Assembly (NCBI RefSeq): GCF_009914755.1
Contig: NC_060936.1
From: the human T2T-CHM13v2.0 reference genome, Homo sapiens
Direction: 5' to 3' (one strand)
DNA: 64,000 nucleotides
Notes under the pieces: generated by a model
Told to the model about the DNA's origin: nothing
The model's database searches: none
What the model saw: only the letters and a program-made list of their open reading frames with translations
Shown: one piece after another, positions 1 to 17,538 of the stretch
How positions within the stretch are numbered: the first letter of the stretch is position 1
Layout: each line of letters starts with the position of its first letter
Program-made: the position numbers and the translations under genes

Positions 1-625
1 AAAACATCATGTTGTACACCATGAATATATACAACTTTTTGTTTCTCAATTAAAAAATAAACCAATTTCCTAAATAAATTTTTTAAAAGCTTGTGTTCTT
101 ACTCCCTTAGTTCGCCCATGTCCTGTCTTACTTTCTTTTATATCGTCTTGACTTTCAGAGATCAGAGAGAGTGTTCTAATTGCCTGCAAGCCTATGGAGG
201 ACAAGAAAACTGTCAGAAGGAAAAAGATTGACTACATTTCTCAGCAACTTTTCACATCAGGGAAAGCTAGTAGAGCACTATTAAACCAGCAAGGCTGTTA
301 AACAGGGACTTGAAAGTTTACAAGGTACATTGGTGTATAAAGGATGCACAAACTGCCATAAAGTGGCTAAGATATACATTACCGTCACCTCTGGGCATCT
401 GACAGATCCAAATGTAAGATTGCCGCAATCATTTCTGTTCTATAAAACTGGCATTTTAGTTCAAATGCCATTCTATAAAATGAGATTTTGCTATGAATTT
501 TATGAGAAAATCTTAATGATACTAAGTGTTCCAAGTAGCAAAACTTTTAGAGAACTTGGCAAGTGAATAACTGTCCCTTTATTTCTGTTCAGTTGTCACC
601 AAACTCTGGACATCACAAAGGATGA

Positions 626-951
<326 letters not shown>

Positions 952-2074
952 GGAATCAATGAAGAAAATCACAGAACAATGTAGTTCAGTGTTCTTATTT
1001 TACAAAATAAAAAACAAAGACCTAGAGAAATTAAGCTCTTTGGTCAAGCCTTCTTGGCTTTGATTCCCTATTCAAACCTTTTTTGAAGTAATACATAAAA
1101 ACCTATGAATAGCCACCCTTCTAGGAGGTGGCAGAAGTGGAACTAGGTTTCAGATTTCCTTGTCCAAGAGTAAGACTCTTTGTATAACTTCATAGAAAAC
1201 CACTCTGGCTGTTAAAGCTCCCATGCCCTAAAAGTAAAGAACTACACATCAATAATGAAATCTGTAGACTCTCCTGCTGTATTACACTCATAAATGAGTA
1301 GACAAATTCCATGGCCAAGAAATAACATGGCTGAAGCAAATGTAATTTGAGTTGTTTTATAATTTCCTTACTGTATTGCCTAGGATTCCTTGGTTCCAGT
1401 TGGAAAAAAATCTCAAACTCACTTAAAATATATATAATTTATAGGTTTATATAACTGAGAAGTCCAATGTCCCCAGGACCTTGCTCTATCTGCCAAGTCT
1501 ACCCACCATTTGACTTTATTCTTGGACTCAGTAACGAGATAGTGGTTAGCAGTTCTGACCCAATATTCCAACAGACTCAAATCCAGCAGAGAAGGTGATG
1601 GATTTTCCTGGTTTCTGTTACATCAAGTCCCAATTTTGCCTCTGATTGGGCAAAATTGGTTATGACATGTCATTCCTCTATTCAAAATCCTCCAATAATA
1701 GCTCCTTGTCTTCCTGAGAATGAAAGCTGAAATTCCTATAGTGGCCTACAAGGTCCTACACAGTCTGGTCCCCAATATTCTCTGAAGAAACCTCCTTCTG
1801 TTCACCCCTTGCTCATTCTACTCAGTCACATTTGGTCACTTGCTATCACTTGGACACACCACACATAACCCCACTTTAGGCCTTTGCACTGACTTCCCTC
1901 TGTGTGGCATATTCTTTTTTTTTTTAATCCAAGGAAACATTTTATCCTGGAAATAAAGAATTTCCACATGCATAAAAGATCAGAAAACATCCACTAGGAC
2001 AAGGTAGATCTAATGCTTTCTTACCAGGTGTCCTGGGAATTCTTTTGATTTTGCACCCCTCCACACACACCAAA

Positions 2075-2628
2075 GCTTTATTAAGGTGTACTTGACAAAT
2101 AAAAATTGTATATAATCAAGGTGTGCAAGGTAATGATTTGATACATGTATACATTGAGAAATGATTACCACAATCAAGTTAATTAACATATCCTTCACCT
2201 GACATAGTTACTATCTCTCTCTGTGTGTGTGTGTGGTGAGGACACCTCATATCTACTCAGCAACTTTCAAGTATACAATGGAGTGCTATTGACTATAGTC
2301 ACCATGCTGTACATTAGATCCCTAGAACTTATTCCTCTTATAACTGTAAGTTTGTACCCTTTGGCCAATATCTCTCCAACCCCACCCCCCACCCCTAGCC
2401 CCTAGAAATCACCATTCTACTCTTGGCTTCTATGAGTTTGACTTTTTTAGATTCCACGTGTATGTAAACCATGTAGTATTTGTCTTTCTGTGTTTGTCTT
2501 ATTTCACTTAGCATAATGTCCTGCAGGTCCATTCATGTTGTTGCAAATGGCAGGATTTCCTTTTTTTTTTTTTAACGGCTGAATAACATTTCATTGTGTG
2601 TGTGTGCGTGTGTGTGTGTGTGTGTGTG

Positions 2629-2676
<48 letters not shown>

Positions 2677-3065
2677 ATCTATCTATCTACCTGTCTGTCT
2701 ATCATCTGTGTAGATGGATAGATATAACATTTTCATTATTCATTCATCTGTTGACAGAACTCTTAGGTTACTTTCATCTCTGGTTATTGTGAATAATGCT
2801 GCAGTGGACATGGGAGAGCAGATATCTCTTTGAGATACTGATTTCATTTTCTTTGATTATATTCCCAGAAGAGGGACTGCAAATTATATGGTAGTTCTAT
2901 TTTTATTTTTTTGAGGAACCCATAATGTTTTCCATAATGGCTGTGCCAATTTACATTCCCACCAACAGTGTACAAAGATTCTTTTCCATTTTTTCATACC
3001 CTTGCCAACACTTGTTATCTCTGGGGTCTTTTTTTATCATAGCCATCCTAATAGGTGTGAGGATA
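2075..3065 (-). mobile_element. L1MA/MB 3' end
   Basis: Antisense L1 3'UTR and ORF2 end (ACATTCCCACCAACAGTG), STR inside. Confidence 0.85.
2595..2708. repeat. Compound STR (TG)n(TATC)n
   Basis: Direct inspection. Confidence 0.95.
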
Positions 3066-3748
3066 TACTCTTCTTCTAAATATCCATGTGACTGTATCTC
3101 ACCTCCTTCAAGTCACTGCCCTAGGCACTTGAACATAAAATAGACACCTTTTCACTTTTCTTTATTGTCTTAGTCTTTCTTCCAGGCTCCTGTGTTCAAT
3201 CCTCCAGACCCCATGCCTGTCAGATAGATTCTTGAATTTTGGTGAGTAGGTCAAGGAGTTTTTTTTCCTATATGTGTGTGTAATAGGCATGTTCATGAGC
3301 CACTGCCTAGCCTGGAGTCTTGAATTTGCTCAGTTCAAGGCCCCCTATACTTCTCATGACATTGTTAGGTATCTGGGTCATAAGGGAGGTCCTCGTATGG
3401 GATGGACTAAGAGCAGGACAAAATCAAATCATCTGACTCGGCAATCAGCCAGTGCTTCTCTATGTGGAGCATATCTCTCTACAAGGCTCAGACTGAAGAC
3501 TGACTTCTCTAGGCTCTGGATACAGCAATGAGAGACTTTCACTCATCCACAGGCCAGGCTTTCAACAAAATAGCACACTTTACCTGGCACTTTTTAGGCA
3601 ATGTAAGCCTTTTGTCTTGGGCAATTTTGTAGGATCTGTTTCCACATCTAACTATCTCCACCCATGTGTCCACTCACCTATACATCAGTTTTCACCTGAG
3701 TTCTTGCCACAAAACTTTCATATTTTTATCCTACATCACAAAATTCAT

Positions 3749-4072
<324 letters not shown>

Positions 4073-4158
4073 ACTTGCAATATTTTTAAATATTTGGTTT
4101 TTATCTGTATTCTACAAATGGAAGGTAACATACCTTGTGAGATTTTTAAGTGTTCTTG

Positions 4159-4458
<300 letters not shown>

Positions 4459-5856
4459 TTAAAAGATCTTTAGGGTTCTTTAAAGGCAGCATCCTCATGA
4501 TGCTTTTTGCTCATTTGTCCTATTAGTAGTATTTACCCTACGTAGAAGAGTTGTCAAGAAATATCAACTTCCTCACGCATCAGACCGGGGGTAACACATT
4601 TTATCAGCAACACAATACATATTTTCCATTATTCTTTTACACTGGCATTTGTCAAAATGCATTTATGGGACTCTTGTCCTATGGGAAACCGAGAGATCTA
4701 AAGGCTAGTCCATGAAGCTACTCAGGAGAAATCCTGAGGAGGATTTCTCAGGACAATAATGTGCTAATTTTTATAGTAAATCTTTGGGAGAGTAATAGTA
4801 TAATAAGAATTTCCCAAATTTATTTGACTACTAAACATTAGTGTTAGTGAAATACGTTATGAGAATATGTGTTTTCTCCAGATAAAGACTCAATTTTTAG
4901 GTAAAGTGCTTTGTACCTAACACTTAATGCTCAACATAATCCTGTTCATACAATAACTGTTTCTGTTAGTTGAGCTAATTCAATCTTGGCCATCATTACA
5001 AGTATGGATATTGAAAGGAAAAATTAAGGATTTGGAAGGGCTAGAATTAGGCCTGGAATTACCAGGTGCAATAAATGGCCATTCAGATTTAGTTCTAAAA
5101 AAAAAACTAAGGCTATAAACAGTTTTACTTATCATCAGGTTTTCCTAGACCTTACACAGTTATCCTCAAGCAACGAATAGCAAGGCACTTTTAGGACACA
5201 AAGAAATATTAGGAATTTCATTATACTTACACTTTAAAATAAAATTTGAAATATTTTTATAAACATTTTACAAAAAATATGTGTTACTTCTTTGGACTTA
5301 GTCCTATTTCTCTCAAGCTCTTAAAAGGGACTAATTCCAGATTTATTTGTACTTCGTTGGTTATTTTTTAGAAATAACTGGGAAATTTCACTCATTGAAT
5401 CAAGAAAGATTAGGGATCCTTGCACTGCACAACTAGACACTGACTAAACCATACAATTTGAGGCACTGCCGATCACACAGAAGGTGCATGAGTTCTCCAG
5501 GAGCATCCACCTTCACAGACTAACAAACACACCTGAGTTGTGTTTACAGCAGCTAAGACAGGCTGGGTCTGGGGAATCAGGACTGCAGAAAAGAAAATCA
5601 AGATGCAGCAGCAGCAAGTCTGACCAGCAGGTAATCTACCTAAAAGAGCAAAAAGTTAAGGGCCATGGTTGCTGTGTCCATATACCAACATTGCTGTGGA
5701 ATACTGAATCTGGGAATGCTGAACCACAGACTCTAGCACCAGCCCAAAATGCCAAGAGCAGCCTGTAAGTGCCCTGACTGTTGCACTCTAACTATAGGCA
5801 AAATTAACTTCCTGGAAGGAAGCTTTCTAAAGTTTCTTGTGAGATTACAAGGTATT

Positions 5857-6564
<708 letters not shown>

Positions 6565-7204
6565 ACATTTAACAATAGGTTCACAGACAGAAAATACCGA
6601 ATACACTAAAAGTCAATCCATCTTCAGACAGAGAAATAACAGATTTAGACTCATAGATTTTTGTTGTTGGAACTGTCAGATACAGATTGTTGATTATTAC
6701 TTAACAAATGTTTAAAAAATATAGAATGCAGTGACAATGATGAATGTTCATGAGAAATTATCTTATAAAAAATTTTAAAATTTTTAAATTAATATATATA
6801 CCATTACAAACAAATGATATGTACATGAAAAATACATAATTGTTGAAATAAAAATCACAATGTATCACTTTTTTTAAAAGTAGGTGAGAAGAAACTTGAC
6901 CTTCTGACATTTGTTTCCTCAGTCTATCAGAAGCTTTGTCTTCAAATGTGATGGTTTATATGCTCCTGAACTTACATTCTTATGAGTCAGGAGGCCAGCA
7001 TCTTAACAGGGACACAGCCACCAGGAAGTTCAAACCAGAAATCTTGATGAATTCCTGGAGGCCAACAAGAGGCCAGCTCCAGAATGTGAAGCTGCTGGAG
7101 GGTCCCATAAAGGGAGGTCTCCCCCTACCCGCTCCACCCTGGGCTTTTCCTCCAGGAAACCCACGAGGCTCCCATAGGGTCAAAGGTTAAGAAGAATCTG
7201 GAGA

Positions 7205-7487
7205 GGCTGGGCACAGTGACTCACACCTGTAATCCCAGCACTTTGGGAGGCCGAGGCGGGCAGATCACGAGGTCAGGAGATTGAGACCTTCCTGGCTAAC
7301 ACGGTGAAACCCCGTCTCTACTAAAAATACAAAAAATTAGCCAGGCGTGGTGGCGGGTGCCTGTAGTCCCAGCTACTAAGGAGGCTGAGGCAGGAGAATG
7401 GTGTGAACCCGGGAGGCCGAGATTGTGCCACTGCACTCCAGCCTGGGCGCCAGAGCAAGACTCCGTCTCAAAAAAAAAAAAATAAAA
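7205..7487 (+). mobile_element. AluY/Sc-like, short right-arm deletion
   Basis: Alu consensus, TSD AATCTGGAGA. Confidence 0.92.
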
Positions 7488-8308
7488 GAGCAATCTGGAG
7501 AGGAAGGCTCCTGTGGCACTGACTCTGCGTTACTTTCAAATCATAAAATAATCAGAATATTTTAAAGACATTATACTTGGTGATTCTTTCTGTATCTTCT
7601 TTTATGAGGAGAATCAAGGGATTCAAGCCCCCAAATACTCATACCATTTATTCTATACAAATAAATCTGACTATTTCAATTGAAGAGTGGAATATCAGAG
7701 TAAAATATTCTAAATAACTGGTTTAGCTCTTCCCTTTAAAATGTAGATATCCATTAATGCTGTATTTGCTAAATATCTACTATATCAATATACTGCACTA
7801 CAAACTGTGAGAATCAGAAACACCTTAGAGAGGCTCTGAAGAAGAACATCTAGAAACAGATTCAAGGGAAGTGCTACCACTTAACTGTTGTGTAACCTTT
7901 GGCAAATCAACTAATCTCTAACCTAGGTATATTGGTTTCTTCACCACTGAAAGCCAGGGATTGAGTTAGATGATTTTCTCATCCCTGTAGTAGATTGCAA
8001 AAATACCCACGCTTCTTCATGCCTTCCAACATGCATGCCTCTTTGCAAACTGATATTACAGCTTCCTGAATCAAGAGGTGACGTTTATTAATATTTCCTT
8101 ACTCCTTGAACCAGGCAGTCCTTGTGACTTGCTTTGCCATATAGAATGTATCAGAAAGAATGAAGAGCACTAGAAAAGGTAAATATGTGGGGAAATTTGA
8201 AAGCCTTTAGGATCTTTATTTTTTATATCAAGAGTTTCACAAAAAGAGGAAATATATCCTTTTGAACTCCCCAAACATCACCAAACCTGTTACTAAAGAG
8301 CAAAGCTG

Positions 8309-8674
<366 letters not shown>

Positions 8675-10656
8675 CTAGAACTTACTGCAATAAAAGAGAA
8701 CACTACCTTGACAGAATTTCAGCACTGTCTCAGAAGGGGAAGTCAGAAGTGGAATATTGATACAGTTTTTGAATCAAAGTCTTTCAAGGCAGGGAACTGA
8801 TTGGGATTAGGCAAATTTGAGATATAATCATTTAGGATTGGTGTACACAGAGAAGAGAGGGTCTTGGAGTGACTCTTGATAAGTAAACTGTTGATGATAC
8901 CGGCAAGCCAGTTGCCACAGTGAGCAGTCCATTGTCTCAGAAAAATTGATCTGTGGGAATTTTCTGAAGCAGTGAAGTTATTTATTGTTTACAACATAAT
9001 GCTTTCCAGGTAAAATTTTCTTGAACAAACAGCTAAGTCAAGTTGATGTAGGTAATCTACAGTCTTATTGAAGATATTCTCAGTTCTTAATCTATTTCAA
9101 CTGTATGGGCATATAGTTGTTGAAAAGTTGTTTTAATTATCTTTTTCATTTCCAAGGGTAACTAAAGTTATGTTTTCTTTCCCATTTGTTATAGTGCTTA
9201 TTTGTGCTTTTTTCCCCTTGAAAAAATTTTTTAAATTTATTTTGTTAATATTTTTATAGGACCAATCTCTGAACTTACTTTTCTCTATTGTTTCTTAAGA
9301 TTTTCTCTTTTATTGATTTCTGCTTTTATTTCACTATCTCCTTCCTTGTACTTTTTTGGGGGTTTATTCTGGTGTTCTTTTTCTAATTTTTTTAAGTTAA
9401 ACTCATTAATAGTCTTCCTTTCTTCTTTTCTAACACAAACTTTTAAATCTATAAATTCCCAAAAAGTCCACTTTCGCTGCATCTCACAAGTTTTGGTATC
9501 ATAGTGTTTTCATTTATTATCCAGTTCTAAGTATTTTTTAGTTTAGTATGATTTCTTCTTTGACCTATGAGTTATTTTGTGTGTTTTTAAATTTTTCATA
9601 TTTTGAAACATTTTTAAATAATTTTAAAAAATGTACAGGGAGATCCCATGTAGCTTCAACCAGTTTTTCCCAGTGATAGCATCTTAGATAATGATAGTAC
9701 AATATCAAAACCAAGAAATTAACATTTGTACAATCCAAAGAATTTACTCAGATTTTAAAAATTTTATATTCACTTACTTGTGTATGTTTGTGTGTGTGTG
9801 TAGTGTGTAGAGTATGCAATTTTATCACATATGTAGATTCATGTAACCATAGTTACAATTAAGATACAGAACTGTCCCATCACCACAAGGCTCCTTTGTG
9901 CTCTCCCTTTACGGCCACACCCACCCTCTTTTCCTTGATCCCCAATCCCTAACTCTTGGAACCACAAATCTGTTCTCTATGTCCATAATTTTGCTATTTT
10001 GAGAATATTATACAAATAGAATCATATAGCATGTAACCTTTGGGATTTTTTTTTTTTTCACTCAGGATCTTTCCCTTGAGATCTGTCCAAGTTGTTGCAT
10101 GTAGCAACAGTTCATTCCTTTTTATTGCTGTGTGATATTCTGTGGTATGGATATACCACAGTTTATTTAATCATTCGTCTGTTAGAGGATGTTTGGGTTG
10201 TTTCAAGTTGTGGCTACTATAAGTAAGGTTTCCGTAAGTATTCATGATTAGCTTGTGTGTGAACATAGTTTTCATTTCTCTGAATAAACGCCCAAGGGTA
10301 AAATTGCTGGTTCACGTTGATGTTTAGTTCAGCAAGATGCTGCCAAACTATTTTCCAGAGTGGCTGTACCATGTTTCATTCTCACCACAATGTATTATTG
10401 ATTCAGTTTCTTATATCCTTGCCAGCATTTGAGGTTATTATTGCTATTTTTGATTTTAGACATTCTGATAGTGTACAATTCAGTGTCATTAAGTGCAGTC
10501 ACATTGTTGCGTAACCATATCCAGAACTTTTAAATTATCTCTAGAACTATTATCAATTTCTAGAACTTTTTCATTATCTCAAACTGAAATGATAGAGTTA
10601 AACAACAACTCTCCATGCACTGGTAACCACTATGCTTTCTGTCTCTATGAATTTGA

Positions 10657-11025
<369 letters not shown>

Positions 11026-11832
11026 AGCATAATGTTTTTAAGGTTAATCCATGTTGTAGAATGTATAAACATTTCATTCCTTTTAAAAGCTAAATAATAT
11101 TCTGTTGCATGTGCATACTACGTTTTGCTTATCCATCTGTCAATGGTCACTTAGCTTACTTGCACATTTTAGCTATTGGGAATAGTGCTATGAACATAGG
11201 TATACGAATTATCCTGCTTTCAATTATTTTGGGTATATATTCAGAAGTGGAATTGCTGAATTATATGGTAATTCTAGTTTTAATTTTTGAGGAATCACCA
11301 TACTGCTTTCCCCAGTGGCCATACCATTATTTTACATTCCCAGCAACACTGCCCAAGGGATCCCATTTCTTCACATCCTCACCAACACTTGATATTTTCT
11401 TTCTTTCTGTTTTTTTCTGGTAGTAGCAATTCTAATGGGTGATAATATCTCTAATGAGATAATATTTTGTTGAGGTTTTAATTTGCATTTCCTTAATGAT
11501 TAGTAATGCTATCTTTTATATGCTTTTGGCTGTTTGTATATTTTCTTTGGAGAAACATATATTCAAATCCTTTGCCCATTTTTGAATGTTGGCTTGTTGT
11601 TGTTGATAAGTTTTAGGAGTTCTTTATATATCCTAGATATTAATTCCTTACCAAATATATGATTGCAAATATTTTCTCTCATTATGTAGGCTGCCTTTTA
11701 ACTCTGTTGATAGTGTCTTTTGATGCACAAAAATTTTAAATTTTTATGATATCCAATTTGTGTATTTTTGCTTTTGTTGTCTGTGCCTTTGGTGTTATAT
11801 CTAAGAAAACATTGCAAAATTCAATGTTGTGA

Positions 11833-12228
<396 letters not shown>

Positions 12229-12767
12229 CATTTTGAGTTAATTTTTATATGATATAAGTTAAGGGCCCAATTTCATTCTTTGCATGTGGATAGCCAGTTT
12301 TTCCAGCATCATTTGTTGAAAAGATTGTTCTTTCCCCCACTGAATGGTATTGGGACCCTTGTCAAAAATCACTTGATCATATATGCAAAGGTCTATTTCT
12401 AGGCTATCTACTGTATTCCATTGGTCTATAGATCTGTCTTTATGCCAATTCTATGCTGGTTTGATTACTGTAGATTTGTACTGTGTTTTGAAATCAGAAA
12501 ATGTGAGTCTTCCAACTTTGTTCTTCTTTTTCAAGATTGTATTGGTTATCTGGGGTCATTTGAGATGCCATATGAATTGTAGAATGGGTTTTTCTATTTC
12601 TGCCAAAAACATCATTGAAATTTTGATATGGATATGGATTACATTCAATCTGTAGTTTGTTTTGGGTGATATTGATATCTTAACAAATATTAAGTCTTCC
12701 AACCCATGAACACAGGATATCTTTCCATTTATTTACGTCTTTAATTTCTTTCAGCAACATTTTATAA

Positions 12768-13109
<342 letters not shown>

Positions 13110-14125
13110 AAGTATTTTATTTTTTGATGCTATTGTGAATTGAATTGTTTTCTTAATTCCCTTTTCAGATTGTTCACTGATAGTGTATAGAAATGCAATT
13201 GATGTTTGAATGTTGATTTTGTATCCTCAAGCTTGCCAAATTTGTTTATTCTTTCTAACAGTAGTTGTGTGTGTGTGCAGTTAGGATTTTCTAAATATAA
13301 AATCATATAATGTTAAAACAGAGATAATTTTACTTCTTCCATTTAAATTTGGATACCCTTTATTTCATTTTCTTGCTTAATTCCTCTGACTAGAACTCCC
13401 AATACTATGTTGAATAGAAGAGGCAAAAGCGGGCATCCTTGTTTTGTTCTTGGTATCGGGGAACAGCTTTCAGACTTTTACTATCGAGTATGATATTAGC
13501 TATGGGTTTTTTCATATGTGGTCCTTATCATGTTGAAGTAGTTTTCATCTAGTCCTAGTTTGTTCAGTGTTTCTTTAAATCACAAAAGGATGTTTAAATT
13601 TGTCAAATGCTTTTTCTTTATCAATTAAAATGATAATGTGGTTTATTCATTCATTCTGTTAAAGTGGCTTCTTAATGTTGATTGATTTTTGTAGATTGAA
13701 ACATTTTTGCATTTTTCCAAGAATAAATCCCACTTGATCATGGTGTATAATCCTTTTAATATGCTGCTGAATTTGGTTTGCTAGTATTTTCTGCAAACAC
13801 TAGGATGTTTGCATCAATATTCATAAGTGATATTGATCCACAGTTTTCTTGTAGTATTTTTGGCTATGTGTATTAGGGTAATGCTGGCTTCATAGAATGA
13901 GTTTTGAGGTGTTCCCTCCTTTTTTATTTTTTGGAAGAGTTTGAAAAGAATCGATATTAGCACTTCCTTAAATGTTTGGTAGTGTTCTTCATCTGGTCCT
14001 GGGCTTTTCTTTGTTGGGAGGGTTTTGATTACTGGTTCAATCTCCTTACTAATTATAGGTCTATTCAGATTTTCTAGTTCTTCATGATTCAGTATTAGTA
14101 GTTTGTGTGTTTCTAGGAACTTGTC

Positions 14126-14193
14126 CATTTCATCCAGGTTATCCAATTTGTTGGCATACCATTTCATCCAGGTTATCCAATTTGTTGGCATAC
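14126..14193. repeat. Perfect 34-bp tandem duplication
   Basis: CATTTCATCCAGGTTATCCAATTTGTTGGCATAC x2. Confidence 0.93.
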
Positions 14194-14505
14194 AATTGTT
14201 TATAGTACTCTCTTATCCTTTTCATTTCTGTAAAATCAGTAGTAATATCCATATTTTTATGTCTGATTTTAGTAATCTGAGCCTTCTCTATTTTTTCTTA
14301 GTCAATTACAGTTTTGTCAATGTTATTATTTTTAAAGAACCAACCCTTTGTTTCACTGATTTTCTCTATTGTTTTTCTATTTTCTATCTCTCTTCTGATC
14401 TTTATTATTTCTTTTCTTCTGCTAGCTTTGGGTTTAGTTTGCTCTTCTTTTTCTAGTTCCTTAGGTGTGAAGTTAAGTTGTTGAAACGGCTTATCTTTAA
14501 ATTGA

Positions 14506-14824
14506 ATTTTTATTTTATTTTTTATTATTATTTTTATTTTTTTTGAGACGGAGTCTGCCTCTGTTGCCCAGTCTGGAGTGCAGTGGTGTGGTCTCGGCTC
14601 ACTGCAACCTCCGCCTCTGGATTCACGCCAATCTCCTGCCTCAGCCTCCTGATTAGCTGGGACTACAGGCGCCCGCCACCACGCCTGGCTAATTTTTTGT
14701 ATTTTTAGTAGAGACGGGGTTTCACCATGTTAGCCAGGATGGTCTCCATCTCTCGACCTCATGATCTGCCAGCCTCGGCCTCCCAAAGTGCTGGGATTAT
14801 AGGTGGGAGCCACCACGCCCGGCC
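14506..14824 (-). mobile_element. AluY/Sc-like
   Basis: Alu consensus, TSD TTGAATTTTT. Confidence 0.92.
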
Positions 14825-15821
14825 TTGAATTTTGATTTTTATCAAGGGTTGTGTATGTTTGGGTGTGTGTATTTCACAGATTCTAAGACATACTTTTTCA
14901 TGTTATAATCTTTGAAGTGCAGATTGTTTTACAATTGAAGTGAAAGAAAATATGTCTTCATTTAATTGGCAGAATTTTATTTCTTAGAATATCATTAAAA
15001 TAATAGTATAATAAAATAATTATATACCTTTCAAGTGTGGCATCTTAGATTTGATACATACAACAGCTATATGAAGCTTATCATGAAACGGATCAGTCGC
15101 AAGCTTTTCCCTTTCCACTCTGGTTTCTGCTTATCAGGGGCAACCACTTATAAATTGTTTTGCTGCTAGTTCTACTTATCTCCAGACTTCCAAAGGACAT
15201 CATCATACTTGTTATTTCTTGATTTCTCAATTGTCCATTGACAGTGGAAGATTATTTAGGCCTTTTATTTTCACAACCCTACTATATAGATGCATTCTCT
15301 CCTTTCAGTGTATTTGCTGTACATTTTTATCAGACCAATATTTGGTGTTTATGTCATTATGACTATGGTAATATTGTTCACAGCTGAGACTTGGTGCATA
15401 TTACAAAAACATTCTTTTCTTTTTTGTTTTCCCTGTAGTTAAAGGTGTCTTGGTTTTGTTTTGCTCAGTTTTTGATGTACGTATCACCAATTCATCTATA
15501 GACTCCACCAAAAATGTAAATATTTCAGTATACTCAAATTAATTAAGTAATCTATGTCTATTTTCCCCCTTGGTGACATCCTTCTTGGAACCCCAAATTC
15601 CTGATCCAATTTGAACTAGCTTCTTTCTATGCCTGCTGCACAGCTATCACCCAAGGATTTCCCTCTGCTATTGTCTTTGGTGCAGAGAAAAGTTAAAATT
15701 TAATTCACCAATTTTCTTAACTTTTTTCCCTTATGTCTGTAACTTTGCCTTCTTGCTCTAATTTATGGAAAATTTTCTGTTTACCTTCCAGTCCATTTAG
15801 GAATTTTTCATATATATTATG

Positions 15822-16124
15822 TTTTTTGTTTGTTTGTTTTTTGAGGCAGAGTCTTGCTCTGTTGCCCGGGCTGGAGTGCAGTGGAGCAATTACAGCTCAC
15901 TGCAACCTCCACCTCCTGAGTTCAAGTGATTCTCTTCCCTCAGTCACCCGAGTAGCTGGGATTACAGGTACGTGCCACCACACCCAGCTAATTTTTGTAG
16001 TTTTAGTAGAGTTGGGGTTTTGCCATGTTGGCCAGGCTGGTCTTGAACTCCTGACCTCAAGTGATCCGCCCACCTTGGCCTCTGAAAGTGCTAGAATTAC
16101 AGGCATGAACCACTGCACCCAGCC
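15822..16124 (-). mobile_element. AluS
   Basis: Alu consensus adjacent to the CHMP3 retrocopy tail. Confidence 0.92.
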
Positions 16125-16132
16125 TATTATCA

Positions 16133-16873
16133 TTTTTTTTCAAGAGTCAAGGCAGAAGTTTATTAAAATTCATTTATATAGTGTTTTACAGAAAAAAGTC
16201 GTCTTCAACATTCAGGTAATGACTTCTATTTTCAGAAGCACTTCATGAGAAGATGAATTTCTTTGCCTTCCCCACAGTAAGATATTTCTGTTTATACTCC
16301 TAAAAATGGTGCATTTAATTACACCACCTGTGTAAGAACAATCCCTCTGTGATCCCAAAATCTCTGCAGAGAGTAAAAAGAGACAAACAGAACCTTTTCT
16401 AAAATGCAAGTCCTCATGACAGAAGTATAATGCAAGAGATTTATAAAATGGCAGCTCTTCAGGGGAGTGTGTGGGCACCCAGCAGGTAGGCCACTGGGCA
16501 GCCCCTAGCTGCAGAGTGTAACCAGCCAGGACTGCATGGGCTCCAGAGCCTCTTCTTCCTCCTTGTCCTCTGAGGCGGCCATCGCTCTTGAAGATTCTGG
16601 CTCTAGAAGGACAGCAGTCACTTTGCTTTGCCCAAGGCCCCTGCTGTAATTTCAGACGAGATCAGGTGCATTCAGGGTGGTATGGCCGTAGACCCCTGAT
16701 ATAATTTCAAACAGCATTTTGTCACTTTCCATTTCTGCTTCTTTCTCTATTTCTTACTGATCTTCTATGCTTTCAAAAGTGCCCTCTAACATCTCCTCTA
16801 CGATCCCAGCCTTCAACATTTCTTTGGACAGCTCCTGCATGGTGGCCTGGACTTCTGTAATCTTCACAAGATT
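16133..16873 (-). pseudogene. 5'-truncated processed pseudogene of CHMP3 (VPS24, ESCRT-III)
   Basis: LVKITEVQATMQELSKEMLKAGIVEEMLEGTFES matches CHMP3; in-frame stop at 16754; C-terminal EALEPMQSWLVTLCS-stop (16505-16507); 3'UTR with AATAAA (16159-16164) and A-tail remnant 16133-16140. Confidence 0.88.
16652..16693 (-). pseudogene. 5S rRNA fragment (nt 1-42), tailless retropseudogene
   Basis: Minus strand GTCTACGGCCATACCACCCTGAATGCACCTGATCTCGTCTGA, 39/42 to the 5S 5' end, all three differences CpG transitions; flanked by ~17-bp direct repeat. Confidence 0.92.
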
Positions 16874-17163
16874 TAGCATCATATTTTTAATTTCTAACAG
16901 CTTACTTTTGTTCTCTGAATATTCTTGTTTCGTGGAAGCAAAATCTCCTCTTATCTCTCTAAAGACATTTATTGTAGTTAAAAAGCTTTCTTCTGTTCTC
17001 TGCATTGTTAATTTGCTTTGAATCACCTTTTTTGTTTGTTTTGGTCCCTGATTTTCAAATTAAAGATTTTCTTAAATGTAGAATGAACTATGGTTAGATG
17101 TTCATCTTTAATAGTTGGGCACCTCAACTTCTTCTGCCCTGAAAAAAAAAAGTTGGGTACTAG

Positions 17164-17538
<375 letters not shown>

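Noticed and set aside
13814-14191. L1 ORF2 fragments (also 42486-42842) as active RT
   Set aside because: Short, frameshifted and interrupted by Alus
16652-16693. Functional 5S rRNA gene
   Set aside because: Only 42 of ~120 nt; lacks the internal control region
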